Below are positions 57,124 to 64,000 of a stretch of DNA of 64,000 nucleotides, in pieces. A model generated the notes under the pieces. That model did not search any database, was not told the origin of the DNA, and saw only the letters and a list, made by a program, of their open reading frames with translations. How positions within the stretch are numbered: the first letter of the stretch is position 1; each line of letters begins with the position of its first letter. The translations under genes were made by a program, and so were the position numbers. Source of the DNA: an uncultured Acidobacteriota bacterium (GTDB lineage Bacteria > Acidobacteriota > Terriglobia > Acidiferrales > UBA7541); the NCBI GenBank assembly GCA_963841235.1, contig CAWJBU010000002.1, positions 321,274-385,273 on the forward strand, read 5' to 3'.

Positions 57124-59628
57124 TTGGGCCAGTACGATCCACGCGCGATCGAAGAGAAGTGGCAGCAGGTATGGGACGAGCAGCATGCCTTCTACGCCGA
57201 CGTCGATCCCTCGCGCCCGAAATACTACATGCTCGAAATGCTTCCGTATCCCTCGGGCACCATGCACATGGGGCACATGCGGAATTACACCATCGGAGAT
57301 GCGGTGGCGCGGTTTCGCTGGATGCGCGGCTTCAACGTGCTGCACCCGATGGGCTGGGACGCCTTTGGTTTGCCCGCGGAAAATGCCGCGATTCAGCGCG
57401 GGATCGATCCGCGCGAATGGACAAAGCAGAACGTCGCGGAATTCAAGCGCGTATTGAAGCGTTTCGGCTTCAGCTACGACTGGCGCAAGGAAATTTCCAC
57501 CTGCGAGCCGGAATACTATCGCTGGAATCAGTGGTTTTTCCTGCGGATGCTCGAGCGCGGAATTGCATATCGCAAGAAGAGCCGCGTGAATTGGTGCCCG
57601 AAGTGCCAGACGGTGCTGGCAAACGAGCAAGTGGTGAACGGCTGCTGCTGGCGGCATGAAGATACGCTGGTCGAGGCGCGCGAGATCGAGCAGTGGTTTC
57701 TGAAAATAACGCAGTACGCGGAGCAATTACTCGCGGACATGAAGGAGATTGAGGAGGGCTGGCCCGAGCGCGTTCTCACGATGCAGCGGAACTGGATCGG
57801 TAAATCCAAGGGCGCGCGCGTGCGATTTGCCGTGGAAGCGTCTGACGCCGCGATTGAAGTATTCACGACGCGCATCGACACGATTTACGGCGCTACGGCT
57901 GTAATTCTCTCGCCAGAACACGCGCTGGTGCCGAAGTTGCTTGGCGGAGCTTCGGCGCCGGCAGGCACGCACGAGGAATGGGATCGCCTCCGCAAGCGGG
58001 TGCTGAAGACCGAGGAAATCGCGACCGCGGAGAAGGAAGGATTCTTTACGGGCTGCTACGCGCTGAATCCTTTCTCGGGCGAGAAGATTCCGATCTGGGT
58101 GGCGAACTTTGTTCTCGCTGAGTATGGCACCGGTGCGGTGATGTGCGTGCCAGCCCACGATGAGCGCGATTTTGAGTTCTGCCGCAAATATAGCTTGCCC
58201 GTGCGCGTGGTGGTGCAGCCGCTCAATGCTGCGCCGCTCGTCGGCGAGACAATGACGGTCCCGTTTGTCGAGCATGATCAGGGCACGCTTGTGGCTTCGG
58301 GGCCTTACTCCGGACTTGCGCCTGAGCAAGCGATCGAGAAAATGACCGCCGACGCCGAGGCGCGCGACTTCGGCAAAGCCCAGATCACTTACCGGCTGAA
58401 AGACTGGGGCATCTCGCGGCAGCGTTATTGGGGCACGCCGATTCCCGTCATCTACTGTCCGAAATGTGGCCTGGTGCCTGTTCCCGACGATCAGCTTCCG
58501 GTGAAGCTGCCCGAAAAAGTGGCGCTCGTTGAGACCGGGCAATCGCCGCTGGCTACCGCGCTCGAATTCGTGAACGTGAAGTGCCCGAAATGCGGCGAGG
58601 CGGCGCGGCGCGAGACCGACACGATGGACACGTTCGTCGATTCATCCTGGTATTTCTATCGCTACACCGATCCGCATAACGACAAAGCGCCCTTCGACAA
58701 AGAAATCGTGCGGCATTGGTTTCCGATCGACCAGTACGTCGGCGGAATCACGCACGCGATTCTGCATCTGCTCTATTCGCGATTCTTCACCAAGGTGATG
58801 CGCGACATCGGCCTAGTGAAGATCAACGAGCCCGTGACGCGCCTATTCACGCAGGGAATGGTGCAGAAGGGCGGCGTGGCCATGTCGAAGTCGCGCGGAA
58901 ACGTGGTCGGCGCGATCGAGATGGCGGAGCAGTACGGCTGCGACACCGGGCGGCTCTACACGCTCTTCGCGGCGCCACCCGAGAAGGATTTGGAATGGAG
59001 CGAGCAGGCGATTGAAGGCTGCTCGCGCTTTTTGCAACGCGTTTACCGCCTCGTGGACGCGCACGCGGAGCGTTTGCGCGGCGTGAAATCGCTTTCGTAT
59101 GACGGCTTCGATATCGCAGGCGCGACGGAAAAGGAAAAGAAGCTTCTCCGCAAGGCGCACCAAACGCTGAAACGAATCACGCGCGACTTTGAGCAGCGCT
59201 GGCATTTCAACGCATCGGTGGCGCTGATCATGGAATTGTTCAACGAACTGCACGCGCAGGAGCCGCTCGGCGAGGGCGCGAATCCGGCAGTCGTCAAGAA
59301 AGTATTCGAGATGATGGTGCTGATGCTTGCGCCCATCACGCCACATATCGCCGAGGAACTCTGGGAAATGCTCGGAAACCCGGGCGGAATCATGAAACGG
59401 GGCTGGCCCGACTATCGCGAAGATCTCGCCGCCGAAGAAGAGTACGAAATCGTGGTGCAGATCAATGGCAAGGTGCGCGCGAAGCTTTTGGTGGCCGACG
59501 GAATCGGTGAAGGTGAGTTGCGCGACCAAGCGATGAAAGATGCGCATGTCGCGGCGCTGGTCGCGGGTAAAACGCTGGCAAAAGTGATTGTGGTGCCGAA
59601 GCGGCTCGTCAATATCGTGTTGAAGTGA
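57124..59628 (+). CDS. leuS: Leucine--tRNA ligase
   Basis: TTG 57124 after GAGGGAA gives '[18 protein letters not shown]'. The HIGH-type motif is '[15 protein letters not shown]' and the KMSKS motif is 'AMSKSRGN'. 834 aa. The ORF-track extension to 56929 overlaps nfo and I did not count it. Confidence 0.93.
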   Translation: MGQYDPRAIEEKWQQVWDEQHAFYADVDPSRPKYYMLEMLPYPSGTMHMGHMRNYTIGDAVARFRWMRGFNVLHPMGWDAFGLPAENAAIQRGIDPREWTKQNVAEFKRVLKRFGFSYDWRKEISTCEPEYYRWNQWFFLRMLERGIAYRKKSRVNWCPKCQTVLANEQVVNGCCWRHEDTLVEAREIEQWFLKITQYAEQLLADMKEIEEGWPERVLTMQRNWIGKSKGARVRFAVEASDAAIEVFTTRIDTIYGATAVILSPEHALVPKLLGGASAPAGTHEEWDRLRKRVLKTEEIATAEKEGFFTGCYALNPFSGEKIPIWVANFVLAEYGTGAVMCVPAHDERDFEFCRKYSLPVRVVVQPLNAAPLVGETMTVPFVEHDQGTLVASGPYSGLAPEQAIEKMTADAEARDFGKAQITYRLKDWGISRQRYWGTPIPVIYCPKCGLVPVPDDQLPVKLPEKVALVETGQSPLATALEFVNVKCPKCGEAARRETDTMDTFVDSSWYFYRYTDPHNDKAPFDKEIVRHWFPIDQYVGGITHAILHLLYSRFFTKVMRDIGLVKINEPVTRLFTQGMVQKGGVAMSKSRGNVVGAIEMAEQYGCDTGRLYTLFAAPPEKDLEWSEQAIEGCSRFLQRVYRLVDAHAERLRGVKSLSYDGFDIAGATEKEKKLLRKAHQTLKRITRDFEQRWHFNASVALIMELFNELHAQEPLGEGANPAVVKKVFEMMVLMLAPITPHIAEELWEMLGNPGGIMKRGWPDYREDLAAEEEYEIVVQINGKVRAKLLVADGIGEGELRDQAMKDAHVAALVAGKTLAKVIVVPKRLVNIVLK

Positions 59629-59638
59629 AAGGAGCGCA

Positions 59639-61201
59639 GTGAGCGTCAAGAAAGGAATCGTCGTCCTCGATTTCGGCGGGCAATATACGCAGCTGATTGC
59701 GCGCCGCATCCGCGAGCAGGAAGTTTTCTCCGCGATTCTGCCGTGTAACGCGAAGCTGGAAGAAATTCGCCGGCACGATCCGATCGGCATCGTGCTCTCA
59801 GGCGGGCCAAGCTCCGTTTACGACAAAGACGCGCCGGTCTGCGATCCGGAAGTTCTGCGGCTGCGCATACCCGTGCTGGGCATTTGCTACGGAATGCAGT
59901 GGATGGCCCACGTTCTAGGCGGCGACGTGCAGAAAGCTGAGCGCCGCGAATATGGCCGGGCGCAGCTCGAGCGAGAGGGAGAGTCCAAGCTGTTTAGCGG
60001 TGTTCCGCGCAGCCTGAAGATCTGGAACAGCCATGGTGATCACGTCGTTGGGCTCCCGCAAGGATTCGTTGTCACCGGGCGGACATCGAATGCCGTGGCG
60101 GCCATCGAAAATGCGGCCGCAAAACTGTGCGCGGTCGAATTTCATCCCGAGGTGTTGCATACGGACTGCGGTACGGAGATTCTGCGGAATTTTGTCTTTG
60201 AAATTTGCGGCGCGCAGAAGAATTGGAGCCGCGCCGGCTTCATCGACGAGACCGTCGCCGCGATCCAGAGGCAAGTAGGCGATGCGCGCGCCCTATGTGC
60301 GCTGAGCGGAGGCGTCGATTCGGCGGTCGCGGCGGCGCTGGTTCATCGCGCGATCGGCGATCGGTTAACGAACGTATTCGTGGATACCGGCCTCCTGCGG
60401 AAAAATGAATACCAGGAGACGCTCGATCTCCTGCGCAACCGCGTCGGCTTGAATGTGGATGGTGTCAACGCGTCGCAGAGATTTCTCTCGCGGCTCGCCG
60501 GAGTCACCGATCCGGAGACCAAGCGCAAGACCATCGGTGCGGACTTCATCGAGGTGTTTGCCGAAGAGGCGCGCAAGCTTTCGGAGAAATCGGTGAACGG
60601 CGCCGGCAAAATCCGCTTTCTGGTGCAAGGGACGCTGTACCCCGACGTGATTGAATCCGTCTCCGTGAAAGGCCCTTCGGCAACCATTAAGACGCATCAC
60701 AACGTGGGCGGCCTGCCGAAGGACATGCCCTTCGAATTAATCGAGCCGCTGCGGGATTTATTCAAGGACGAGGTACGGCGTATCGGCAGGGAACTCGGCT
60801 TACCTAAGGAGATCCTGGTGAAACACCCGTTCCCCGGCCCGGGACTCGCCGTGCGTCTGCTCGGCGAGATCACGCCGGAGCGCCTGGACACACTACGAGC
60901 GGCGGACGCAGTGGTGGTGGAAGAGATTCGCCGCGCGGGGCTCTACGAGAAAGTCTGGCAGGCGTTCGCCGTTCTTCTTCCCATTCGCAGCGTCGGCGTC
61001 ATGGGTGACGGCCGAACGTACGGCGACACCGTCGTCGTGCGCGTCGTTGATTCGCAAGACGCGATGACAGCCGATTGGTCGCGATTACCCCGGGAAGTGC
61101 TGGAGCGAATTTCGACACGAGTGGTGAACGAAGTCGCGGGAGTAAACCGCGTCGTTTACGACATCAGTTCGAAACCGCCGAGCACTATCGAGTGGGAATG
61201 A
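59639..61201 (+). CDS. guaA: GMP synthase (glutamine-hydrolysing)
   Basis: GTG start after AAGGAG. GATase block '[20 protein letters not shown]...ICYGMQ', PP-loop 'LSGGVDS', and C-terminal '[14 protein letters not shown]'. Confidence 0.95.
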   Translation: MSVKKGIVVLDFGGQYTQLIARRIREQEVFSAILPCNAKLEEIRRHDPIGIVLSGGPSSVYDKDAPVCDPEVLRLRIPVLGICYGMQWMAHVLGGDVQKAERREYGRAQLEREGESKLFSGVPRSLKIWNSHGDHVVGLPQGFVVTGRTSNAVAAIENAAAKLCAVEFHPEVLHTDCGTEILRNFVFEICGAQKNWSRAGFIDETVAAIQRQVGDARALCALSGGVDSAVAAALVHRAIGDRLTNVFVDTGLLRKNEYQETLDLLRNRVGLNVDGVNASQRFLSRLAGVTDPETKRKTIGADFIEVFAEEARKLSEKSVNGAGKIRFLVQGTLYPDVIESVSVKGPSATIKTHHNVGGLPKDMPFELIEPLRDLFKDEVRRIGRELGLPKEILVKHPFPGPGLAVRLLGEITPERLDTLRAADAVVVEEIRRAGLYEKVWQAFAVLLPIRSVGVMGDGRTYGDTVVVRVVDSQDAMTADWSRLPREVLERISTRVVNEVAGVNRVVYDISSKPPSTIEWE

Positions 61202-61238
61202 AAGGGCCGAGCACCAGCTGACTCAGAGGTCGTACGCC

Positions 61239-61610
61239 CTAACGGTTCGCCATTTTCTGGGCCATGTACAGCAGCAGCCGCCGGTCCGGCTCCTCGAGCC
61301 GTCCCAGCAGACGCCGCATGCGCCCCAGAAAACGCGCCTCTTTCCCCTTGCTGCCCCAGGCGATATCATCTGCCGACTTCCGCTTGGGAAGGTTCGGCAG
61401 CTCAGGAGGCTCCTCGCCATCGTAGAACAATTGATAGAGAGGGATCTCCATCGCGCGCGCCAGCTTTTCGAGCGTCTCGATCGCCGGAACGGTATGGCCG
61501 TTCTCGACGCGCGAGATGTAGCAACGAAGCAAGCCAGTGCGCTTTTCGATGTCGCCCTGTGATAGTTTCTTGGTTTCGCGTAACAGACGTAGCCGATCGC
61601 CGATAATCAT
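61239..61610 (-). CDS. XRE-family helix-turn-helix transcriptional regulator
   Basis: ATG 61610 gives 'MIIGDRLRLLRETKKLSQGDIEKRTGLLRCYISRVENGHTVPAIETLEKLARAM'. 123 aa. The remainder of ORF 61239-62051 is upstream extension. Confidence 0.85.
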   Translation of the reverse strand: MIIGDRLRLLRETKKLSQGDIEKRTGLLRCYISRVENGHTVPAIETLEKLARAMEIPLYQLFYDGEEPPELPNLPKRKSADDIAWGSKGKEARFLGRMRRLLGRLEEPDRRLLLYMAQKMANR

Positions 61611-61705
61611 GCGTGTAGTGTTAACATAGCCATTAGCTGGCTGCAAGTACAAAGTGCGATTTTTCGAAGTTTTTTCGCGTCCAATCTGGGTGTAACCGGA
61701 ACCCC

Positions 61706-62380
61706 ATGCCCAACGTCCCAAAAGATGTGGCTGCTTCTGCCCAAGCGATTCCCGCTCTCGGGGTTCTGACCGCTGGTCAGAAAGACGAGAGGGAACTGGT
61801 CCGGCTGGCCCAAAATGGCACAGTCGAAGCCTTTGAGGAGCTCGTCCGCCGGCACCAGCAGCGGGTCTTTGCCGTCGTTGCACGAATCTTGCATAGACGT
61901 GAAGACGTGGAAGAGATTGCCCAGCAAGTATTTCTGAAGGCTTACGTCTCCATACGCCGGTTTGACATGCGCTCGGCGTTTTCCACATGGCTATACAAGA
62001 TTGCGGTGAACGAATGCTGGGATTCGCTGAGGAAGAAGAAAGTACGGCCACTAGTCTACGAATCAGACCTTTCCGAAGAGCAGGTCCAGCGCCTCGATTC
62101 CTATGCGTCCGTCGGCCGAGGCCCTGCCGGCCCGGATGAGCAGGCGCAGGCCCGGGAGCTTGTCGAACTGCTGCTTTCGAGCCTGTCGGAGGAAGACAAA
62201 CGGATTTTGTTGCTGAAGGAAGTGGAAGGGCTTTCGGTTCAGGAAATCGCCGAGATCTTTGGATTGAACGTAAATACAGTCAAGGTCCGGATGTTTCGCG
62301 CCCGGGCGGCCATGATGGATGTTTACCGCCGCCGCTTCGGCGCAGACGGCCGGGTGCAGTCGAAAGAAAGGAGGGGATGA
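61706..62380 (+). CDS. ECF (sigma-70 family, group 4) RNA polymerase sigma factor
   Basis: Region 2 is 'FEELVRRHQQRVFAVVARIL...AQQVFLKAYVSIRRFD...FSTWLYKIAVNEC'. Region 4 is 'LLLKEVEGLSVQEIAEIFGLNVNTVKVRMFRAR'. Confidence 0.9.
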   Translation: MPNVPKDVAASAQAIPALGVLTAGQKDERELVRLAQNGTVEAFEELVRRHQQRVFAVVARILHRREDVEEIAQQVFLKAYVSIRRFDMRSAFSTWLYKIAVNECWDSLRKKKVRPLVYESDLSEEQVQRLDSYASVGRGPAGPDEQAQARELVELLLSSLSEEDKRILLLKEVEGLSVQEIAEIFGLNVNTVKVRMFRARAAMMDVYRRRFGADGRVQSKERRG

Positions 62381-62883
62381 GCCATATGGACGAGCGAAAA
62401 GAGTATCAAGCCTGTCCGGAGTACGAGGCCGTCCTCGAGGACTATGTTTCGGATGAATTGGGCGGCGCGGAGAAGGAAAGCGTCGCGGCTCACTTGCAAA
62501 CTTGTGGAGGTTGTGCCGCGGCGGTTGATGCAACGTTGCGCGGCCGCTCGATCTTGCGTTTGGCTGGAGACGCCGTCGAAGACCCGGGGCCATTTTTCAC
62601 GCGCCGGGTGATGTCGCGCATCCAGGCGCTGGACCAGCGGTCTGGGTCGGAGAGGAGCTTCTGGAAGCCGCTCGAGATATTGGCGCTGCGCGCCGTGTGG
62701 GCCTCGGCAGCCGCGATCACCTTGCTCGTGGCTTACGGGAGCCTGTCCGGTGTGCCGCTGAAACCGACGGTTGCAGAGGTTCGTTCCGCGGATCAGGGTG
62801 GATTGTTCGCCGATCCTATGACCGTCCCGTCGAGCCAAGATGAGATGTTTATGAGAATTACGGACACGCGCCATGGAGAATAA
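62377..62883 (+). CDS. Anti-sigma factor (zf-HC2 type), single TM
   Basis: ATGA overlap with the sigma gene. 'CPEYEAVLEDYVSDEL...AHLQTCGGCAAAV' is the H-x3-C-x2-C motif. TM segment 'LALRAVWASAAAITLLVAYG'. Confidence 0.8.
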   Translation: MSHMDERKEYQACPEYEAVLEDYVSDELGGAEKESVAAHLQTCGGCAAAVDATLRGRSILRLAGDAVEDPGPFFTRRVMSRIQALDQRSGSERSFWKPLEILALRAVWASAAAITLLVAYGSLSGVPLKPTVAEVRSADQGGLFADPMTVPSSQDEMFMRITDTRHGE

Positions 62884-63271
62884 CAGCGTTCAACGGAAGG
62901 CCGGGATTCTGGTGGCGGCTGTGTTTCTGCTCGGTGTCGTCTTCGGCGGCGTGGGCGCGCACTATCTGGAAGTCAGGACCAACGGCGCACACACCATTTC
63001 CGGATATCCGAAGCATACCGAGGTTATCAAGCAGCTCACACTCCAGGTTGGATTGACGCCCGATCAGGAGAAGCAAGTCACCGTGGTGATCGACGACGTC
63101 CGCGCACGCATGCACGAACTCTCGCAGCAGCAGAAGCCTCAGGCCGATGCGATCCGCGCCGAAGGACGCCAGCGGATTCGCGCTCTCCTCACTCCCGAGC
63201 AGCAGCCCAAGTACGAAAAGTTCCTGCAGCAACTCGACGCCGATCGCGCCCAAGCTGAGAGCCAGCGCTAA
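62873..63271 (+). CDS. Periplasmic Spy/CpxP-like (LTxxQ-motif) protein
   Basis: N-terminal anchor 'AGILVAAVFLLGVVFGGVGA' and two LTxxQ motifs ('LTPDQEKQ', 'LTPEQQPKYEKFLQQ'). It overlaps the anti-sigma gene by 11 nt. Confidence 0.7.
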   Translation: MENNSVQRKAGILVAAVFLLGVVFGGVGAHYLEVRTNGAHTISGYPKHTEVIKQLTLQVGLTPDQEKQVTVVIDDVRARMHELSQQQKPQADAIRAEGRQRIRALLTPEQQPKYEKFLQQLDADRAQAESQR

Positions 63272-63329
63272 CCGTCATCATCGCGCGCCATCTTTCTTGG
63301 CGTGAGACATCGGGTGTGTGCGGATCTTT

Positions 63330-63353
63330 GTAGGGCACGGGTTCACGACCCGC
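63330..63353 (+). repeat. REP-like hairpin GTAGGGCACGGGT-TCACG-ACCCG
   Basis: GTAG head with a 5-bp stem. It forms a convergent pair with 63405-63431. Confidence 0.6.
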
Positions 63354-63404
63354 TCGGTGTTGATCAGGTCTTTCCGGATATAACCGCGAACCCAAATCCA
63401 CCCC

Positions 63405-63431
63405 GGGGGCGTGGTTAATCCGCCCCCCTAC
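63405..63431 (-). repeat. REP-like hairpin (minus strand: GTAGGGGGGCG-GATTAACCA-CGCCCCC)
   Basis: GTAG head on the minus strand with 7-bp stem GGGGGCG/CGCCCCC, beginning 25 nt after the ssb stop codon on the minus strand. Confidence 0.75.
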
Positions 63432-63455
63432 GAAACGTTCGAGCAGGGGATCAGT

Positions 63456-63923
63456 TTAGAATGGAATATCTTCGTCTGAAATTTCCGGGCCGGCTTGCGG
63501 CATTGAGTCATCCGGCGCAGGCGCATCCGCATCAAAACCCGATCCGCTGGCGACCCCGCCTCCCGCACTGACTCCTGCGGCCATGCTCTCCGCGCGGGAC
63601 GTCAGCATTTTCATCACATTCGCGACAATCTCGAACGACGTTCGCTTTTGCCCATCGCGCTTGTCTTCCCACTGCCGCGATTGAATCCGGCCCTCGATAT
63701 AGACGAGGTGTCCCTTCTTCAGATACTGCTGCGCGATCTCGGCCAGCTTCGACCACATGACGATGCGATGCCACTCGGTGCGCTTCTGCCGTTGGCCCGA
63801 CCGGTCGGTGTACGTCTCATCAGTAGCCATCGAGAAATTGCACACTGCCTGGCCTGTTCCGGTGAAGCGCGTTTCCGGATCTTTGCCCAACCTGCCGACG
63901 AGAATCACTTTGTTGACGGACAT
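63456..63923 (-). CDS. ssb: Single-stranded DNA-binding protein
   Basis: 'MSVNKVILVGRLGKDPETRFTGTGQAVCNFSMATDE' OB-fold start, a Gly-rich linker, and an acidic tail ending 'DEDIPF'. Confidence 0.95.
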   Translation of the reverse strand: MSVNKVILVGRLGKDPETRFTGTGQAVCNFSMATDETYTDRSGQRQKRTEWHRIVMWSKLAEIAQQYLKKGHLVYIEGRIQSRQWEDKRDGQKRTSFEIVANVMKMLTSRAESMAAGVSAGGGVASGSGFDADAPAPDDSMPQAGPEISDEDIPF

Positions 63924-64000
63924 AAAAACACCTGCCTGTTTAGAGACTGCGGAGGTTTCCGCTGAGGCGAGTATAACCGAAGTGGGCCGCGGAGCGCTGG

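Noticed and set aside
56845-58542. Minus-strand ORFs 56845-57726 and 57727-58542. ORF 58843-59790 is a similar case.
   Set aside because: They are antisense to leuS and guaA, both unambiguous.

Overview
This is 64 kb of a G+C-rich bacterial chromosome. Hand counts of 100-nt samples give about 56 % G+C in housekeeping genes. Gene content and repeat style suggest an Acidobacteriota-like organism, which is inference only.

I support about 50 protein-coding genes, mostly housekeeping:
- dxr-rseP, ribF, recO-glyQ-glyS-ppdK-udk, a DAHP synthase, nfo-leuS-guaA and ssb.
- Two paralogous Ser/Thr kinase plus beta-propeller proteins.
- A cytochrome c / PQQ-dehydrogenase pair.
- A GNAT / enolase-superfamily racemase pair.
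- A fused LptF-LptG permease.
- A GH57 enzyme.
- A ~1500-aa 'choice-of-anchor D'-type surface protein.
- A mazEF toxin-antitoxin pair.
- An ECF sigma / anti-sigma / CpxP-like trio.

By eye I saw no rRNA, tRNA, CRISPR array, transposase or integrase.

Things that stand out:
1. An AT-richer ~3.2-kb islet (about 26.9-30.1 kb). It holds a signal-peptide-less trypsin-fold serine protease convergent with a single-pass membrane protein of unknown fold. It also has a structured-looking leader, a G10 tract and tandem 9-mers. This is the best candidate here for an uncharacterised accessory or conflict module, and no function is demonstrated.
2. A dense population of intergenic hairpin repeats. Most carry a 5' GTAG(G/C)G head like classical REP elements, and several form inverted doublets. 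Some provide the terminator or even the last codons of genes.
3. The mazEF cassette is bracketed by two direct copies of a ~52-nt repeat.
4. There are eleven reading-frame interruptions in seven otherwise conserved genes: mazG x3, eamA, an IPMDH-family gene x2, glyQ, glyS, ppdK and the surface protein. Ten of them lie within 10.6-23.5 kb. Indel errors in the assembly are the most likely cause.

All functional calls rest on motif recognition in the supplied translations. No database search was run.
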